Shown here: positions 62,872 through 64,000 of the stretch, in pieces | Numbering within the stretch: the first letter of the stretch is position 1 | How the letters are laid out: each line of letters opens with the position of its first letter | Source of the DNA: Octopus sinensis | Lineage: Eukaryota | Length of the DNA: 64,000 bases | Reading direction: 5' to 3' | Assembly: GCF_006345805.1 (NCBI RefSeq) | Contig: NC_042997.1 | Location: 194,928,001-194,992,000, forward strand | The notes under the pieces: generated by a model | Told to the model about the DNA's origin: nothing | The model's database searches: none | The model's input: the letters and a program-made list of their open reading frames with translations, nothing else | Position numbers and translations under genes: made by a program

Positions 62872-64000
62872 TATACTGTTGGTGAATGTCAGGAAATATG
62901 GAAGTTTTGAAGGATGTAGTGTCTCGGCAACTAACAACTTTGAGTGCGAGAAAATGTTTCCAAAAGTCATGGGTGCTGTGTTGTTCTTTGATTTTGTAAG
63001 CATGTCCACAAGTGTTAAATATAAGGAATTCAAAAGTGCCCAAAGTTGTTGTTGTTGGAAAGATGGTGGATAATCTTGTGGGTGCCTACCAAGTCAGTTG
63101 CTAGATGTTGGAGCTTTAATGTGTCAAATTCCCAGGGAACCGAGATCTTCAGAGTATGGTAGATGCCTGACAGTGGGTACTCATTTGGCTGCATGTTTCT
63201 GAATAGTTTCCAGGAGATTGATATGCTGAGCAAGCTAGGGGTTCCAGACTGGTGATGAAACAATGAAAATCAAAACCTCAAAACGATTGTTGTGGTAGTT
63301 TGGCCTCCAGGTTTCACTGAGAGACATTCCAGTCATGACTATCCCACATTTATTGCAGTGTATCAAGGATCACATTATTCCCTTCTTCATCAAGATGCTA
63401 AGGCCTGACTTGACATAGATTTGGCTACTGTTTCTAGCAGGTTGTAAAAGCGCTTTTTGGGCTCTGAAAGTTTCTAAAAGAGATATACATGAGTCAGTAA
63501 GAGAGCCTCTACACAGCCACTCAGCTTGCTAAAAGTAGCAACAAAATTTCTCTCTCAAATCACACCCTGGTGTCTAAAAAAAGATAAAAAAAGGGGGTAT
63601 ATAAAATAATATTGTCCTAGATATGGTATGTGTATAACAGTCAGGATGGTCACGGGAACATTTTTGATCAAAGTTCAGGTGGATCAAGTCTATCTTAAGG
63701 GTTAAATAACAACCATAGGTGAAGTACAAAACATCAAATTATTATCATAGAAACCAAATGAATGAGCAGATGGAGGAGAATAGCAACAACTACCTTTAAC
63801 ATGAAAAACAGAGTGGCTGTGTGGTAAGTAGCTTGCTAACCAACCACATGGTTCCGGGTTCAGTCCCACTGCGTGGCACCTTGGGCAAGTGTCTTCTGCT
63901 ATAGCCTCGGGCTGACCAATGCCTTGTGAGTGGATTTGGTAGACGGAAACTGAAAGAAGCCCGTCGTATATATGTATATGTATATATATGTATGTGTGTG

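Overview
AT-rich, microsatellite- and repeat-dense animal genomic DNA. The SINE/RTE repeat set looks like Octopus (inference, not a database match). I reconstructed three intron-rich genes by hand, with GT-AG boundaries and consistent phases. (1) Mitochondrial valyl-tRNA synthetase (VARS2-like), minus strand, 13 exons from ATG 26556 down to 2724, continuing off the left edge. (2) A complete TFIIH p52 gene (GTF2H4), plus strand, 14 coding exons, 26869-49505, 455 aa. It sits head-to-head with VARS2, with only 312 bp between the start codons. (3) The last three exons of a GPCPD1-like glycerophosphodiester phosphodiesterase, minus strand, 62445-56228. Introns are filled with tRNA-derived SINEs and dozens of 5'-truncated RTE LINE tails, plus R4/Dong-like, HERO-like and CR1 LINE fragments. 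DNA elements include two near-identical 566-bp deleted mariners, two non-autonomous Helitrons, and hAT, piggyBac and Tc2/pogo MITEs, alongside a 42-bp satellite with higher-order structure. Most entries in the supplied ORF track are repeat artefacts. Best leads: the VARS2-GTF2H4 pair (also neighbours in the human MHC), a 5'-inverted twin-primed RTE insertion with a 14-bp TSD, hammerhead-like motifs, and the higher-order satellite.
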